From assembly GCF_963921235.1 (NCBI RefSeq), contig NC_086109.1:7814001-7878000 (forward strand): a DNA stretch of 64,000 nt, written 5' to 3'. This stretch comes from Mobula hypostoma. Taxonomy: Eukaryota. Shown piece after piece: positions 1-12,430 of the stretch. Under the pieces are notes generated by a model. The model saw only the letters and a program-made list of their open reading frames with translations, did not search any database and was not told the origin of the DNA. Numbering within the stretch: the stretch's first letter is position 1; each line of letters opens with the position of its first letter. Position numbers and translations under genes: made by a program.

Positions 1-130
1 CCTAGATATTTATCAAGAAAAAAATTCATATGTAAGTTTATTTCAAAATGTTTAAATAAAATACCAAAGAATATTGTACCCTAAGGTATCTTTTCCTGCA
101 AGACTGGCTGCATTGTTTATCGAATGCGAA

Positions 131-1060
131 GTTCAAAGCTCAACGTTAATTTTATTATCAGAGTACATACATGTAACCGCATACAATTTTTTTGTGGATG
201 TACTCAGCAAACCTATAGAACAATAACTACAACAGAATCCGTGAAAGATCAACCAGAGTGCAGAAGATAGCGAACTGTGCAAATGGAAATATAAATAAAT
301 AGCAATAAATAACGAGAACATGAGATAATGAGATAAAAGAATCCTTAAAGTGAGATCATCTCTGTGGGAGATGTTCCCACAGTGGATGGACAAATGAGTA
401 ATGTAGCTATCCCCTTTTGTTCAAGAACCTGATTGACTGAACTGTTCTTGAACCTGGAGGCGCGAGTCCTGAGGCTCCTGTACCTTCTACCCGATGGCAG
501 CAGTGAGAAGAGAGCGTGGCCTGGGAGGTGGGGATCTCTGACGATGGATCCTGCTTCCTTACGACAGAGTTTCATGTAGCTGTGCTCAATGGTTGGGAGG
601 GTTTTCCCTGTGATGTACTGTGGCAACTCCATTATCTTTTGTAGGATTTTCTGTTCAAAGGCATTGGTGTTCCCTTACCAGGCCTTGATGCAGCCAGTCA
701 GCACACTTTCCACTACACATCTAGAGAAGTTTGTCAAAGTCCTTCACGTCACGTTGAGTCTCTGCAGACTTCTAAGGAAGTAGAGGCACTGTCGAGCTTT
801 CTTCACAATTGCAATTAAGTACTGGGTTCAGGGCAGGTCCTCTGAAATAGTAGCACCCAGGAATTTAAAGTTGTTTACCCTCTCCTCCTCTGATCCTCCG
901 ATGATTACTGGCTCATGGATCTCTGGTTTCCCTCTCCTGAAGTTTACAATCAGTTCCTTGGTTTTGCTGACACTGAGCGAGAGGTTGTTGTTGTGACATC
1001 ACTCAGCCAAATTTTCAGTCTCCCTCCTGTATGCTGATTCATTACCCCCTTTGATACAGA
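131..1060 (-). mobile_element. Rex1/Babar-like LINE, 3' fragment (RT C-terminal region and 3' UTR)
   Basis: ORF 345..632 has the motif DPHLPGHALFSLLPSGRRYRSLRTRASRFKNS. The minus strand ends in GATAATAAA...CTTTGAAC, like other copies in the window. Confidence 0.8.
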
Positions 1061-1564
1061 AAGACAATTAGTCCAGAGGTGCACACACCCCTCCACGCCC
1101 CCAACCACCTCGGCTTTATCATTTCCTGTCAGTCACCTTACGTACAGACACTCCTGTGCCCAGCGTCACTTTATGGATCAATCTCTGTCTAATGTATTTA
1201 TCTTTATTGTGTATTTTTATGATTGGGTTCTTTATCTTACTGTGTTTTTTTGTTGAGCTGCATCAGATCCGGAGTAACAATTATTTTGTTCTCTTTTACA
1301 CGATGTGTAACTGGAATTGACATTAAACAATCTTGAATGTTAAAAACAGCATTTCTGGCCCTAGACATTCGACCGGCATCCTCCTTTCATTTCCAGCTTG
1401 GTCTGAGTTCATTGGGACACGACCACCTTCAGCGGGGAAACGCTTTCTGGCTCCTTATACCCACATTTTGATCGGCAGACTGCAAAAGTCAGAGGTAAAA
1501 ATCAGGGGAGACAGCAATGTTTGGGGAGTTCAGGTTCGAGCTCTTCTCCAATCTTATGCCCCTC

Positions 1565-1975
1565 GCCTGGGCATCAGTGAAAGTCATGGCACAAGCAGAC
1601 ATGCAATGGGCAAGAGAATTCCCAGAAGCGTGGCTTTCCACAAACAATTCTATAAACGGACATGTAGACCTCGATCCCAGCTATAAGCCAATGCGGGCAA
1701 AACTCCAGATAACGCACAGAACTTGCCACACAACCAACCAGTGATGAGACGCCCCTCCCTACAACACAATTGAGCTTCTGTAGTAACGACCAATCAACTG
1801 ATTGATGTATATAAAAGCCAAGCATTCGGAGGACACACCACAAGTGAACAGTGCACTGATGAGCTCTCCTCGTATGGTGAAGAAACGGATTGCCAAAGTC
1901 AGAGGACAACTCAACCAAACCACCAACCACCTGAGCTGCACATTTCCAGTTCAAGTTCAAGTGTGTCCAATCAAC
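1565..1975 (+). mobile_element. Penelope-like element (family B): C-terminus of the GIY-YIG endonuclease region plus pseudo-LTR
   Basis: ORF 1517..1744 contains WASVKVMAQADMQWAREFPEAWLSTNNSINGHVDLDPSYKPMR, which resembles the PLE C-terminal motif REFLEAW...SINRHxDLDPxY. A degenerate hammerhead core follows (CTGATGA 1856-1862 ... GAAAC). Confidence 0.7.
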
Positions 1976-1993
1976 CATCTACAAATATACAGC

Positions 1994-2622
1994 GGGAGGA
2001 GAGAGAGCAGCGCACCGCGTGTGCGCAGCCCTCCGGTGAAAAATGACGTCGTATCCATTAAATAGGGGCCATGGACAATTCTGATTTGATGGAGACGGAC
2101 GTGAAAGCACAGAGGAACATCTGGAAAAATTTCTGAAACGCTTGTTCGCTGCTGTCGTTACTGCACGGTCGGGAATCTTTCGGAGGGAAGCCTCAAAACC
2201 CCCGGCTTTGCCTACTGTTGGTGACCGAGAAGGAGGTCGAATCGTTCGGACAGAGATGGCGCTCAGTACTCGGTGTCGGAGAGCTGATCGGAGGCTCAAA
2301 GTTTTCGGATGACTCAGAGTCGGACCGTGGTCGGGTATGGCAGGGAGAGTTTTTCTTCCTTCTCCCGTCTGTGTGAGATGTGGGACATTTGAGAGACTTT
2401 GAACTTTTACTGTGCCATGGACTTCTTCATCAAGTTATGGTATTGTTGCACTGTTGTAACTATATGTTATAATTATGTGGTTTTGTTAGTTTTTTTCAGT
2501 CTTGGTCTGTCCTGTGTTTTGTGATATCACACCAGAGAAAATATTGTATCATTTCTTAATGCATGCATTACTAAATGACAATAAAAGAGGACTGTGTGTC
2601 TTCATAATCTAATCTAATCTAA
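1994..2622 (+). mobile_element. Non-autonomous retroposon with GGAGGAG head and (AATCT)n tail, copy 1
   Basis: Shares the body (CAATTCTGATTTGATGGAGAC...) and the tail GACAATAAAAGAGGACTG...CATAATCTAATCT with four other copies in the window. Confidence 0.85.
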
Positions 2623-3279
2623 ATGAAACACTGTTCCTCCCGACCAACGTGCATGACACAGTACATATAACTCGCACACAACACATAAAGTAATATTACC
2701 ACAAATAAATTAACAAATTATAAAATATATTACAGATGTTTGATATTTAGCATAAGGTATACTTACAACAAAAGCTAAACAGTAAACAGCATAATGCTAT
2801 TGGCGTTTCATGAGTGATTTGACCTGGGCAGTGGCAGGGAGTTCAGTAGTCTCAATAAGTAGTTTGGATAGGTTGAATCTTCAATCATCAGCCACATCTC
2901 ACCTCATAGGAAATTCAGAAAAGGCATAAATTATTTAAATTTATTATTTCAATTATATTTACATACTATTCACAGTCCGTGTTTGCTGCTTTTTGCATTG
3001 TTTAACTGTGGTTTGAAACATAACACTTCTCAATATGCATGGCTTTCAATAGCTTTCAATTTCAATACGTGATTAGTAAATGGCTCTAATTCATGTCTTG
3101 TTTTACCATTTTAATGAATAAAGATTATTTTTCCTTTCAGTGTCTGCAACTGAGGTAATTGTTGGTTGATGATATACACATCAGTGCAGCTGAGATCCAA
3201 ATTTATTTATCACATGTATGTGGAAATGTATCATTTGCGATGTGCATGTGATAAAACGCACACAGTGAAATCAAAAACA

Positions 3280-3382
3280 CAAAGAGATTCTGCAGATGCT
3301 GGAAATCCACAGCAACACACACAGAATGCTGGAGGAACTCAGCAGGTCAGGCAGCGTCTACGGAGATGAATAGAGAGTCGAC
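3280..3382 (-). mobile_element. Penelope-like (family A) terminal fragment
   Basis: GATGCTGGAAATCC...GCTGGAGGAACTCAGCAGGTCAGGCAGC; similarity stops at GTCGAC, the ribozyme cleavage-site region. Confidence 0.75.
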
Positions 3383-3675
3383 ACGAGGGAGGAGGTGTAT
3401 GGGCAAGTGTCGCACGTGGGCTGCTTGCAGTGGAGGGAGCTTAGGAGGGAGGGGTGAATGGAGAAGGGAATCACGGAGGGAGGGAAGGAAGGTAAAGATA
3501 GGTTGAGTGGCAGGATCCCTTTGGAAATGCCTGACGTTGTGGAGGATAATGTGTTGGACATACAGTCACTTGCATTAACAGCCAACAGACCCAAGGACGT
3601 GCTGGAGCAAGCAAGTGTTGCTTCATATTCCAATGGTAAAATAGCATGCCCACGTTGCTCAGCAGAACAATACAG

Positions 3676-4370
3676 CAGACATCCCACCCTGCAAAAACTC
3701 ATTTCAGGGAGGTAGCACCACCACCCCCCGCAACCCCATATCTGCACCCCACCCCCCCCCCCCCCGGTCGACATCCAAGGGTGTATGTAATACTTTGTTT
3801 AGTGATTTAATCTGTAAACCAAGTTGGGTAAATGCAGAAAATGTGATGTTAAAATATGTACTTATATTATATTATATTATATTATCATGGAGTCGTTTTT
3901 TAGTTCTGTTACAACTTTAAGCACATCTATAGGGAGTCTGGCCTCACCATGTAGGACATCAATAGAGTAGCTCCTTAGCAGCTAGCCAGCTAGTTTAAAT
4001 AATGTTAGCTACACTAATGAACGAATGACACCTGCTAAACTCACCTCAACATGTCTTTTACATTTTAACCCACCATGGGCAATAGAAAGGTCACTATTGC
4101 AAACAGCGCAGCGAGCAACACTGTCATTATTTTTGAGTTCGACTGTAAAGCCCGCCCACAGAAAAAATTAATAGGTCTACTTAGCACAAAGAGAGACCAA
4201 TCGGGATGCTCCCTCTTGCTCTTTCTCTCGCTCTTCCTCTTCGTCTTCCTCTCCCTCTCCCTCTCAAAAAAATCAATTTCCGGGATATTATATATAATTT
4301 GCGGGCATCAGGGAGCTGCAATCAATATGCGGGGAGACTGCTGGAACTTCCGGGAGAGGTGGGATGTCTG
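3676..4370. mobile_element. Non-autonomous DNA transposon (MITE, hAT-like) with 13-bp terminal inverted repeats
   Basis: CAGACATCCCACC (3676-3688) and GGTGGGATGTCTG (4358-4370); direct repeat ATACAG at 3670-3675 and 4371-4376. Confidence 0.75.
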
Positions 4371-5221
4371 ATACAGAACACAGCAAGCAACAAGGCAAGA
4401 ACAGTAAGACCAGCCCCGTTCTTCCCTCCCACCAACTCACACATGGACACAGTACTCCAACTCCAGGTCAGGCCGTCTTTGGCCCTCAGCCTCCAGTGTG
4501 CTCGTGCATGCACAGAAACTGGGCCCCGACTTCCCCAGCCATTAACTGAAGAAAATTATATTGAAGAATTTAATGGGATCTGGACCAGTATGTGAGAGAA
4601 CAAGGAAAGAAGGGTTATTTCCTTCACGTTTGCTGAAGGGGTGGATGAATATCTTACTGATGCACAGGCACCTGAATAGGCCCAACGGTCTGTTCTCTGC
4701 TCTGCAATCTAACTAATAGGAGTAGCCAGTTTTGCAGTGTCCCTTTCAGTGAATAAGTTGAAGATTCTCAGTTATCCATGTACAAAGAGTTTGGTAAATT
4801 TTTGCGAGCCTTTAGAACTCCATCTGCCATTTGTCATAGATGGAAACACTCCCAAAAATGGTATTGAAACACACTGGAATCCTGAACATCCAGTCCGTTA
4901 TCTCTCAATTAAGTTAGTTTGGAACAGTTAAAAGGAAATTCAGTAATGTTAAAATTGCAAAATATGCTATCTTAATTTCTAATAAAGTATGATTTAGTAA
5001 TAAGAGGTGCCCAATTAGAAATGGAATATTTTTAGGTTGTTTACGGAGTAGGGAACAATTCTAATTAGTATCAGCTTCAAGATGTTAAAAGTTGTGAAGC
5101 TGAAAGGAGATTTCCTCTCCATTCTGTCAGAATCAGCATCAAGTGTATTATCAACAACATAGAGGTATGTTGCGGAATTTGCTGTTTCGTGGTAGTAGTG
5201 TGGTGCGATAGATCATTTACT

Positions 5222-5783
5222 GAGGCCTCCGTCGGTCAGGGTCGACCCTGGATGTTGTGTCCCAGCTGTCTAGATACGCAAGTCTGGGCAGTATGATATG
5301 GAGGGCAAGCTGTTGCCTACATAAACCCACTCTACGCATCTGATGAACCCAAAGGAATGGCAGAGACTGATGCAGTTTGGCACCAGTAGCATCGCAGGGG
5401 TTGCCATTTAGCATTGAACTCAACATAGGTCTACCTTAGGGACTCCAGCTCCAGATTTTTCCCTCAGGGTTTACTCCTGAACCTCTCCCCATGAGTGGGT
5501 GTAGCCACAAGGCAGCGGAGGTTTGAGATCAGAGTTTTCCTTCTCCTAGATGAGCTGACAACCACCATCTGCCCAAAGCGACTGGTTTTAAGGTATCAGT
5601 AACCCACCGTTGCCCCTTCTCCTGTCAACAGAAATGGTTCCTACGGGCTTAGTGGCTAAGCCACACCTGAAGGCCAGGAGCTAGACTTGGTTGTCAGAGG
5701 CTATTTGAGGCGTACGCCATTGGGAGCATTTAGTAGGCAGCAGGAACCCCATTACCACCACTGGCTATAACAACATTAAGGAA
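5222..5783 (-). mobile_element. RTE-related non-autonomous element (SINE-like), copy 1
   Basis: Reverse-complement similarity to 35996-36560; contains AGAAGGAAAACTCTGATCTCAAACC, which resembles RTE 5' UTRs. Confidence 0.65.
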
Positions 5784-5819
5784 CACATAATAAAATACAT
5801 AATAATAATAGAATTATAA

Positions 5820-6180
5820 GTTACAATAAGAAATATAAAAAATAAATTAGTAGTGCAAAACGACCCCAAAATGTGAAGTTAGTGTTCATGGACCATTCTG
5901 AAATCTGATGGTGGAGAGGAAGAAGCTGTTCTAAAACATTGAGTTTGTGTCTTCAGGCTCCAGTACCTCCTCCCCAATGGTATTAATGAGAAGAGGGCAT
6001 TTCTTGGGCGATAGGGACCCTTAGTGAAGGATGCTGCCTTCTTGAGGCGAGGGCTTTAGAAGATGTCCTGGATGCTGGCGAGGCTGGTGCCCGTGACGGA
6101 GCTGGTTGAGTTTATGACCCTCTGCAGCTTTCTGCCCATCCTGTGCAGAGGTGCCTCCATTCCAGAAGGTGATGCTGTAC
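5820..6180 (-). mobile_element. Rex1-like LINE 3' fragment
   Basis: The minus strand reads ...CCTGAAGAC...AACAGCTTCTTCCTCTCC..., the same RSLK...NSFF region seen in other copies. Confidence 0.65.
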
Positions 6181-6579
6181 CCAACAGCCTGCCATCAATA
6201 AATGTGTGCTGAAATCCACCGCGGAGGTCTCACTTCTCAACCACAGTACTAACACACTTCACTTCAGAATACAGCAAGCAGCAGAGGAGTCAGAGGTCCC
6301 TTCCAGCTGATCTCTCGCTGGCGACTATCTGCAGTGGATCCGGTTGCTCACAGACTTGGATATTGCAGATTTTAAAGATGAAGATTAGCTTTACTTGTCA
6401 CATGTACATCAAAACGTAGAGTGAAATGTATGATCAAATCAGCAACGATTGTGCTGGGGGCATGTGTCACTCTGCTTCTGGCATCAATACCGAACGGCCA
6501 CAACTTACTAACCCTAACTGGTTCACGACCGCCCATGTCATATGACAAAGCACAGTGTTGATTTATTTACCAATTGAGG

Positions 6580-6850
6580 CACAGCACAAAATAGGCTCTT
6601 CCAGCCCTTCAAGCTGAGCCACGACACCCAGCAATCCCCTAATTTAACCCTGGCCCAATCACGGAACAATTTACAACAGCCAATTAAGCTATCAACCAGT
6701 ACATCTTTCGACTGTGGGAGGAAACCAGAGCACCCGGAGGAAACCTACACTCTTGGGGAGAATGTACAAGTTCCTTACAGACAGGGGCAGGAATTGAGCC
6801 CCAATCTTACAACTGGCGCTGTGTGGCATTACGCTAACCGCTAAGCTATC
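6580..6850 (-). mobile_element. tRNA-derived SINE
   Basis: The minus strand has a head TAGCGGTTAGCG...GGCTCAATTCC and a body GGTTTCCTCCGGGTGCTCTGGTTTCCTCCCACAG shared with 9005, 56478, 58800 and 61420. Confidence 0.7.
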
Positions 6851-6965
6851 GTGATTCCTTCATCAATATTGCCGCGGTTCGTAGCGTCTACAAGGTGCGT
6901 CGCAGTGACTTGCCAAGACTCCTCAGACAGCCCCTTCTAAACCCACCACCTCTACCGGCTAGAAC

Positions 6966-7465
6966 AGCGGTCCCCAACCACCGGGCTGCAAAGCATGTGC
7001 TACCGGGCCGCGAGGAAACGATATGAGTCAGCTGCACCTTTCCTCATTCCCTGTCACGCACTATTGAACTTGAACATAGGGTTGCCAACTGTCCCGTATT
7101 TGCCGGGACATCCCGGATATTGGGCTAAATTGGTTTGTCCCATACAGGACCGCTCTTGTCCCGTATTTCCCCTGCTAAGGTAGAGCGTTCCTATGAAACC
7201 TTTCGTGCCGAAATGGCGTGAAGCGAAGAAGCAATTACCGTTAATTTACATGGGAAACATTTTTGAGCGTTCCCAGACCCTAAAAATAACCTACCAAATC
7301 AAACCAAATAACACATAAAACCGAAAATAAATAACACTAACATATAGTAAAAGCAGGAATGATATGATAAATACACAGCCTATATAAAGTAGAAATAATG
7401 TATGTACAGTGTAGTCAGGAAGATGAAGGCAAAACCGACTTGTGGGGGGAAAAGTTTGGCACGTA
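6966..7465. mobile_element. hAT-like DNA transposon remnant
   Basis: Starts with CAGCGGTCCCCAAC (Charlie-like end) and contains TAGGGTTGCCAAC (hAT-type end motif). No matching second TIR found. Confidence 0.45.
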
Positions 7466-7469
7466 TGAT

Positions 7470-8003
7470 AAAGTACTTGATAAAGTAGACACTGAGCATA
7501 TGTTTGTGGTCTTCTGCTGCTGTAGCCCATCCACATTAAGGTTCGACATGTTGTGCATTCAGAGATCCTCTTTTTCACACTACTGTTGTAACACGTGGTT
7601 ATTTGAGTTACTGTCACCTTCCTGTCAGCTTGAACCAGTCTGGCCATTCTCCTCCGACCTCTCTCATTAACAAAGTGTTTTGCCCACAGAAATGCTGCTC
7701 ACTTTTTTTTTGTTGCGGGCACAATTCTCTGTAAACTCTGGAGACCATTGTGTATGAAAAACCCTGGAGGTCAGCAATTTGTAAGATACTCAAACCACCC
7801 TGTCTGGCACCAACAATCATTCCACAGTCAAAGTCATGTAGGTCACATTTCTTCCCCATTCTGATGTTTGGTCTGAACAACAACTGAACCTCTTGACAAT
7901 GTCTGCATGTTTTTTTGAGTTGCTTCCATATGATTGGCTGAGTAGATATCTGCATTAATGAGCAGGTGTACAGGTGAACCTCATAAAGTTTCTACGGAGC
8001 GTA
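7470..8003 (-). mobile_element. Tc1/mariner non-autonomous element with N-terminal transposase remnant
   Basis: MGKKCDLHDFDCGMIVGARQGGLSILQIADLQGFSYTMVSRVYRE and ARLVQADRKVTVTQITTCYN...CRTLMWMGYSSRRP resemble the Tc1 HTH DNA-binding region. A degenerate TIR lies at 7975-8003. Confidence 0.8.
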
Positions 8004-8034
8004 TATGATGGGCTGATGGGCCTGCTTCTCTGTT

Positions 8035-8440
8035 CTTTCTTTTTCTTTTCAAATCTTTTTATTGTTATACAAAAGAAATAACACAAGTACATTGAAGTAA
8101 CAACACTTACAGTGTCTCAAAATAGACATTATCTTAAAGATTGAAAAAAAAATTGTGATAACGAAAAAAACCTACTAAGCAGAAAAAATGAGAGAAAAAA
8201 AAGAACCCATTAGGTGTACAACCCCGGAGCCATGCGTCATACAAAAAGCTTCTAAAAATAAACATCAAATCGCCAGCAAGAAAAGAAAATATACCAAAAG
8301 ATTTACAATTAGATCGTGGAAAAAATCTATCAATTAGCTCAAATGATAATAACGAGCAAATGATTCCCATCTTTTCTCAAAATCAAATAAAGGTTCAAAG
8401 GTTCGACTTCCAATTGTCTCCAAACTAAGACATAGCATCT
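8035..8440 (-). mobile_element. L1-clade LINE 3' end
   Basis: The minus strand encodes MLCLSLETIGSRTFEPLFDFEKRWESFARYYHLS*, which resembles a fish L1 ORF2 C-terminus. A T-rich UTR, AATAAA and an A-rich tail follow. Confidence 0.6.
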
Positions 8441-9004
8441 TAGACGTAGACATAGCCTGCTTCTCTGTTATATTGCTCTGTGTGGCCCCCATCACTATGG
8501 ATGCATAAGCAAATTCTACACCAAGGATTATCCAACGTTGCTCCGATTAGCATCTTCCTTCCTGTGCTTTACCAGAAAGTGATGCGTGAATAAATATTTT
8601 ATGACAAATGCCAAGGTTCTTTCAAGTATATACAGCTGCTTAGAGCTCTTCAGTTTCTCCGCACAAGAGAGATAGAAGAATACAAGATGATTTTTTTTTG
8701 CCCACTTCCTTCCCTCAGAGTGCTGCACTTGATTATGTTGGCAACACAGCATGGTTATCAAAAAGCAGAATCTTCATTCTCATTTCTCAACAGACAGAAA
8801 GGAAATTCCTAGCTTCTGGAATTTATAAATCAGTATCTAGGAACGTTGGCAGTCTGCAGAGAAGTTGAGATTCCTTCCAAAGAGAAAACTGTGAAGTCAG
8901 AATGAGAATCAGGTTTATTATTGCTAACTTGCTGTATGTGTTGTAGAACTTGTTGTTGTGTGGCAACAGCAAAGCGCAAAGACATAAAAGTGTTTTTTAG
9001 GGGG

Positions 9005-9183
9005 GACAGGGTAGTGTTGTAGTTAGCACAACGTATTACAGTACAGGTGACCCAGGTTCAATTCCCACCGCTGCCTGTAAGGAGTTTGTACGTTCTCCCC
9101 GTCACCACGTGGGTTTCCTGAAGGTGCTTTGGTCTCCTCACACAATCCAAGTTGTACTGGTTAGTAGGTTAATTGGTCATTGT
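9005..9183 (+). mobile_element. tRNA-derived SINE, interrupted by the Rex1-like copy at 9184
   Basis: B-box GGTTCAATTCC at ~9055-9065; the SINE body resumes at ~9950 (AAATTGTCCCGTGATTAGGCTAGG). Confidence 0.7.
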
Positions 9184-9950
9184 AAATCAGAATCCGAATC
9201 CTTTATTATCGCCAAGTATGTGGACACATACAGGGAATTTGATGCCGGTTTCCCTGAGCTCTCGCTGTACAGAATCAAAAAACAAACAGAACAATAGTGC
9301 AAATAATCGTGAACTATATACAATGAGGTATACCTGTGTATGTACAGGTGGACGGTTTACAATAGACTAAAATTCAAGTGTTCATAAGACTGATGGCATA
9401 TGGAAAGAAACTGTTCTTGTGCCTATTTGTCCTGGCATACAGTGGTCTAAAGCGCCTACCAGAAGGAAGGCGTTGGAACAGGTGATGTCCAGGGTGTGAT
9501 GGGTCTACAATGATGCTGCTTGCTCGCTTCCTGACTCCAGATGCATATAAGTCCTGGATCGAGGGCAGCTTCACACCGATAATCCTTTCCGCAGCCCTGA
9601 CGGTTCTTTGGAGTCTGTTCTTGTCTTGTTTGGCAGCTGATCCAAACCAGACAGTGATGGACGAACAGAGAACAGACTGGATTATTCCTGAGTAGAATTG
9701 AATCACCAGCTCCTGAGGCAGGTTGTACTTCCTGAGTTGACGTAGGAAATACAACCTCTGCTGAGCCTTTTTGATAAGAGTGTCCGTGTTGGGTGTCCAC
9801 TTCAGGTCCTGGGAGATTGTGACACCCAGAAACCTGAAGGTCTCCACAGCAGACACAATACTGTTGAGTATAGTGAGTGGGGGGAGTATTGGGGGGCTCC
9901 TCCTTAAGTCCTCTGTCATCTCCACAGTCTTGAGCGTATTTAGCTCCAAA
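9184..9950 (-). mobile_element. Rex1/Babar-like LINE, young 5'-truncated copy
   Basis: Uninterrupted 191-aa ORF 9374..9949 (FRFLGVTISQDLKW...KKAQQRLYFLRQL...LPSGRRFR...NSFFPYAI); AATAAAG and a GATTC-repeat tail. Confidence 0.9.
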
Positions 9951-10081
9951 TTGTCCCGTGATTAGGCTAGGATTAAATCGGGGGGGTTGCTGGGCAGTGT
10001 GGCTCGGCTCAAAGGCCTGGAAGGGTCTGTTCCAAGCTGTATCCCAATAAATAAATAAATAAATTACAAAAAGATGAATCT

Positions 10082-10182
10082 GAGCACACACACAAAATGC
10101 TGGAGGAGCTCAGCAGGCCAGGCAGTATCTATGGAAAAGAGTAAACAGTGGACGTTCTGGGCCGAGATCCTTCTTCAGGACT
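10082..10182 (-). mobile_element. Penelope-like family A mini-unit with degenerate hammerhead
   Basis: The minus strand reads CAGTCCTGAAGAAGGATCTCGGCCCAGAACGTCCACTG. It is flanked by the direct repeat GATGAATCT (10073-10081 and 10183-10191). Confidence 0.75.
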
Positions 10183-10719
10183 GATGAATCTCAGGGCTGT
10201 TAACTGTATGCATATTTGATAATAAATGTACTTTGAATCTTGAATCCTTGAATAAATAACTAGTACAAAAATAAAGAATAGTAAAGTAGTGTTCTTGGAT
10301 TCACAGACCCGTTCAGAAATCTGGCGGCGGAGGGGAAGAAGTTGTTTCTCAATCTGCGAGTGTGGGTCTTCAGGCTTTTGCAGCTCAGGGGTGAGTTCAG
10401 TATGTCATCTGAGCAGGAAGATAATCTGGGCATCTCCAGGAGCATCAGCCTAGATACTTGCACACGCAGCAGACGGTTCACTGGTAGATCCAGAAATTCC
10501 TGACTCGGAAGCTATAAGTGGGCTTTGTGTTGAGTAAAACCTGTCGAAAATGACTTTAAATGGTGTGATCACAGCAGCAAAACTGAAATCACAGCACCAG
10601 GAGCTGCATGGGGACTGACCGTAGGCTGGTCAACCATCTTCCAAAGGCCACGGAGTGCCCCTTTCATTAGGAGATTTCATTAGATTCATTAAAGACGAGC
10701 AAGTTTCTGCAGGTGTAAC

Positions 10720-11045
10720 GTGGAGTGCATTTTGACTGGTCGCATCACCATCTGGGATGGAGGTGCCATTGCACAGGATCGGGAAAAGCTGTAAACTCAG
10801 CCAGCTTCACCATGGGGAGTAGCCTCCCCACCAGTGAAGACATCTTCAAAAGGCAATGCCTCAAGAAGGAGACATCCACCATCAAGGATCTACAATCGAC
10901 CACGAGATGCCCTCTTCTCGGTGCTACAGTCAGGGAGGAGGTACAGGAGCCTGATGACACACACTCAGTGTTTCAGAAACAGCTTCTTCTCCTCTGCCAT
11001 CAGATTTCTGAACGGTGTAGCAACATTACCTCACTACTTTGATCT
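10720..11045 (+). mobile_element. Rex1-like LINE 3' fragment
   Basis: ORF 10834..11073 contains LFSVLQSGRRYRSLMTHTQCFRNSFFSSAIRFLN. Confidence 0.75.
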
Positions 11046-11061
11046 TTCTTCATTATTTAAA

Positions 11062-11368
11062 GGCATCCATTAGTCTTGCAAGACCATGGATCTGAACCTG
11101 GAAAGTCTTCACTCTCCAGGGCGCAGGCCTGGGCGAGGTTGTATGGAAGACCAGCAGTTGCCCATGCTGCAGGTCTTCCCTCTCTACGACACCAGTGTTG
11201 TCCAAGGGAAGGGCATTAGGACCCATACAGCTTGGCACCAGTGTCGTCGCAGAGCAATGTGTGATTAAGTGCCTTGCTCAAGGACACAACACGTTCCCTC
11301 GGCTGGGGCTCGAACTCACGACCTTCAGGTCACTAGTCCAATGCCTTAACCACTTGGCCACGTGCCCA
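11062..11368 (-). mobile_element. tRNA-derived SINE (Pol III A and B boxes)
   Basis: The minus strand starts GGGCACGTGGCCAAGTGGTTAAGGCATTGGACTAGTGACCTGAAGGTCGTGAGTTCGAGCCCC and continues with GTGTCCTTGAGCAAGGCACTTAA. Confidence 0.8.
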
Positions 11369-11658
11369 CACCTTCATTATTTATTCATTTAATATTTCTT
11401 ATTGTAACTTATAATAAGTTTTATGTCATGCATGGTACTGCTGCCGCAAGTCAACAAATTTCAAGATGAACATCAGTGACAATAAACGTGATGCTGGTTT
11501 CGATCTGATTCTGATTCAATATGTAGCTGCTGATTCACCCATTCTGCGCCTGCCCCAATACTGACACAAACAGCAACGGTCCATTCAGAGGCAGTAGGTA
11601 TGCTTCTCCGAATCCCGGACCACAGTGCGGAGGTCAGAGGCCCAAAGGTGGCTAGCCT

Positions 11659-12123
11659 TAGAAACATAGAAACATAGAAAATAGGTACAGGAGTAGGCCA
11701 TTCGGCCCTTCGAGCCTGCACCGCCATTTATTATGAGCATGGCTGATCATCCAACTCCGAACCCTGTACCTGCCTTCTCTCCATACCCCCTGATCCCTTT
11801 AGCCACAAGGGCCATATCTAAATTGCCAATGAACTGGCCTCAACTGTTTCCTGTGGCAGAGAATTCCACAGATTCACCACTCTCTGTGTGAAGAAGTTTT
11901 TCCTCATCTCGGTCCTAAAAGGCTTCCCCTTTATCCTTAAACTGTGACCCCTCGTTCTGGACTTCCCCAACATCGGAAACAATCCTCCTGCATCTAGCCT
12001 GTCTAATCCCTTTAGAATTTTATACGTTTCAATAAGATCCCCCCTCAATCTTCTAAATTCCAGCGAGTATAAGCCTAGTTCATCCAGTCTTTCATCATAT
12101 GAAAGTCCTGCCATCTTGGGGTT
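11659..12123 (-). mobile_element. CR1 LINE 3' end (young)
   Basis: MAGLSYDERLDELGLYSLEFRRLRGDLIETYKIL...TRGHSLRI...FFTQRVVNLWNSLP; (TTTCTATG)n tail at 11659-11680. Confidence 0.9.
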
Positions 12124-12171
12124 AAAGGTGTGCAAGTTTGCCTGTGCTTGTGCGTTTTGTCTGTGTCTATA

Positions 12172-12174
<3 letters not shown>

Positions 12175-12255
<81 letters not shown>

Positions 12256-12276
12256 CGTGTGTGTGTGTGTGTGTGC

Positions 12277-12313
<37 letters not shown>

Positions 12314-12430
12314 AGTGTGTGTGTGTGAGTGTGTCTGTCTGTGTGCCAGTCTGCATGTGTGTGTCTGTCTGTGTGCCAGGTCGTGTGTGTCTGTCTGTGT
12401 GTTTGTGCCTGTGTGCACACGTGTGTGTGG
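12175..12430. repeat. (TG)n microsatellite
   Basis: Direct observation. Confidence 0.95.

Noticed and set aside
5340..5360. CTGATGA as an additional hammerhead
   Set aside because: No properly placed GAAA or pairing stems downstream.
11300..11368. tRNA-like sequence
   Set aside because: It continues into a SINE body and tail and has no complete acceptor stem, so it is a SINE head rather than a tRNA gene.
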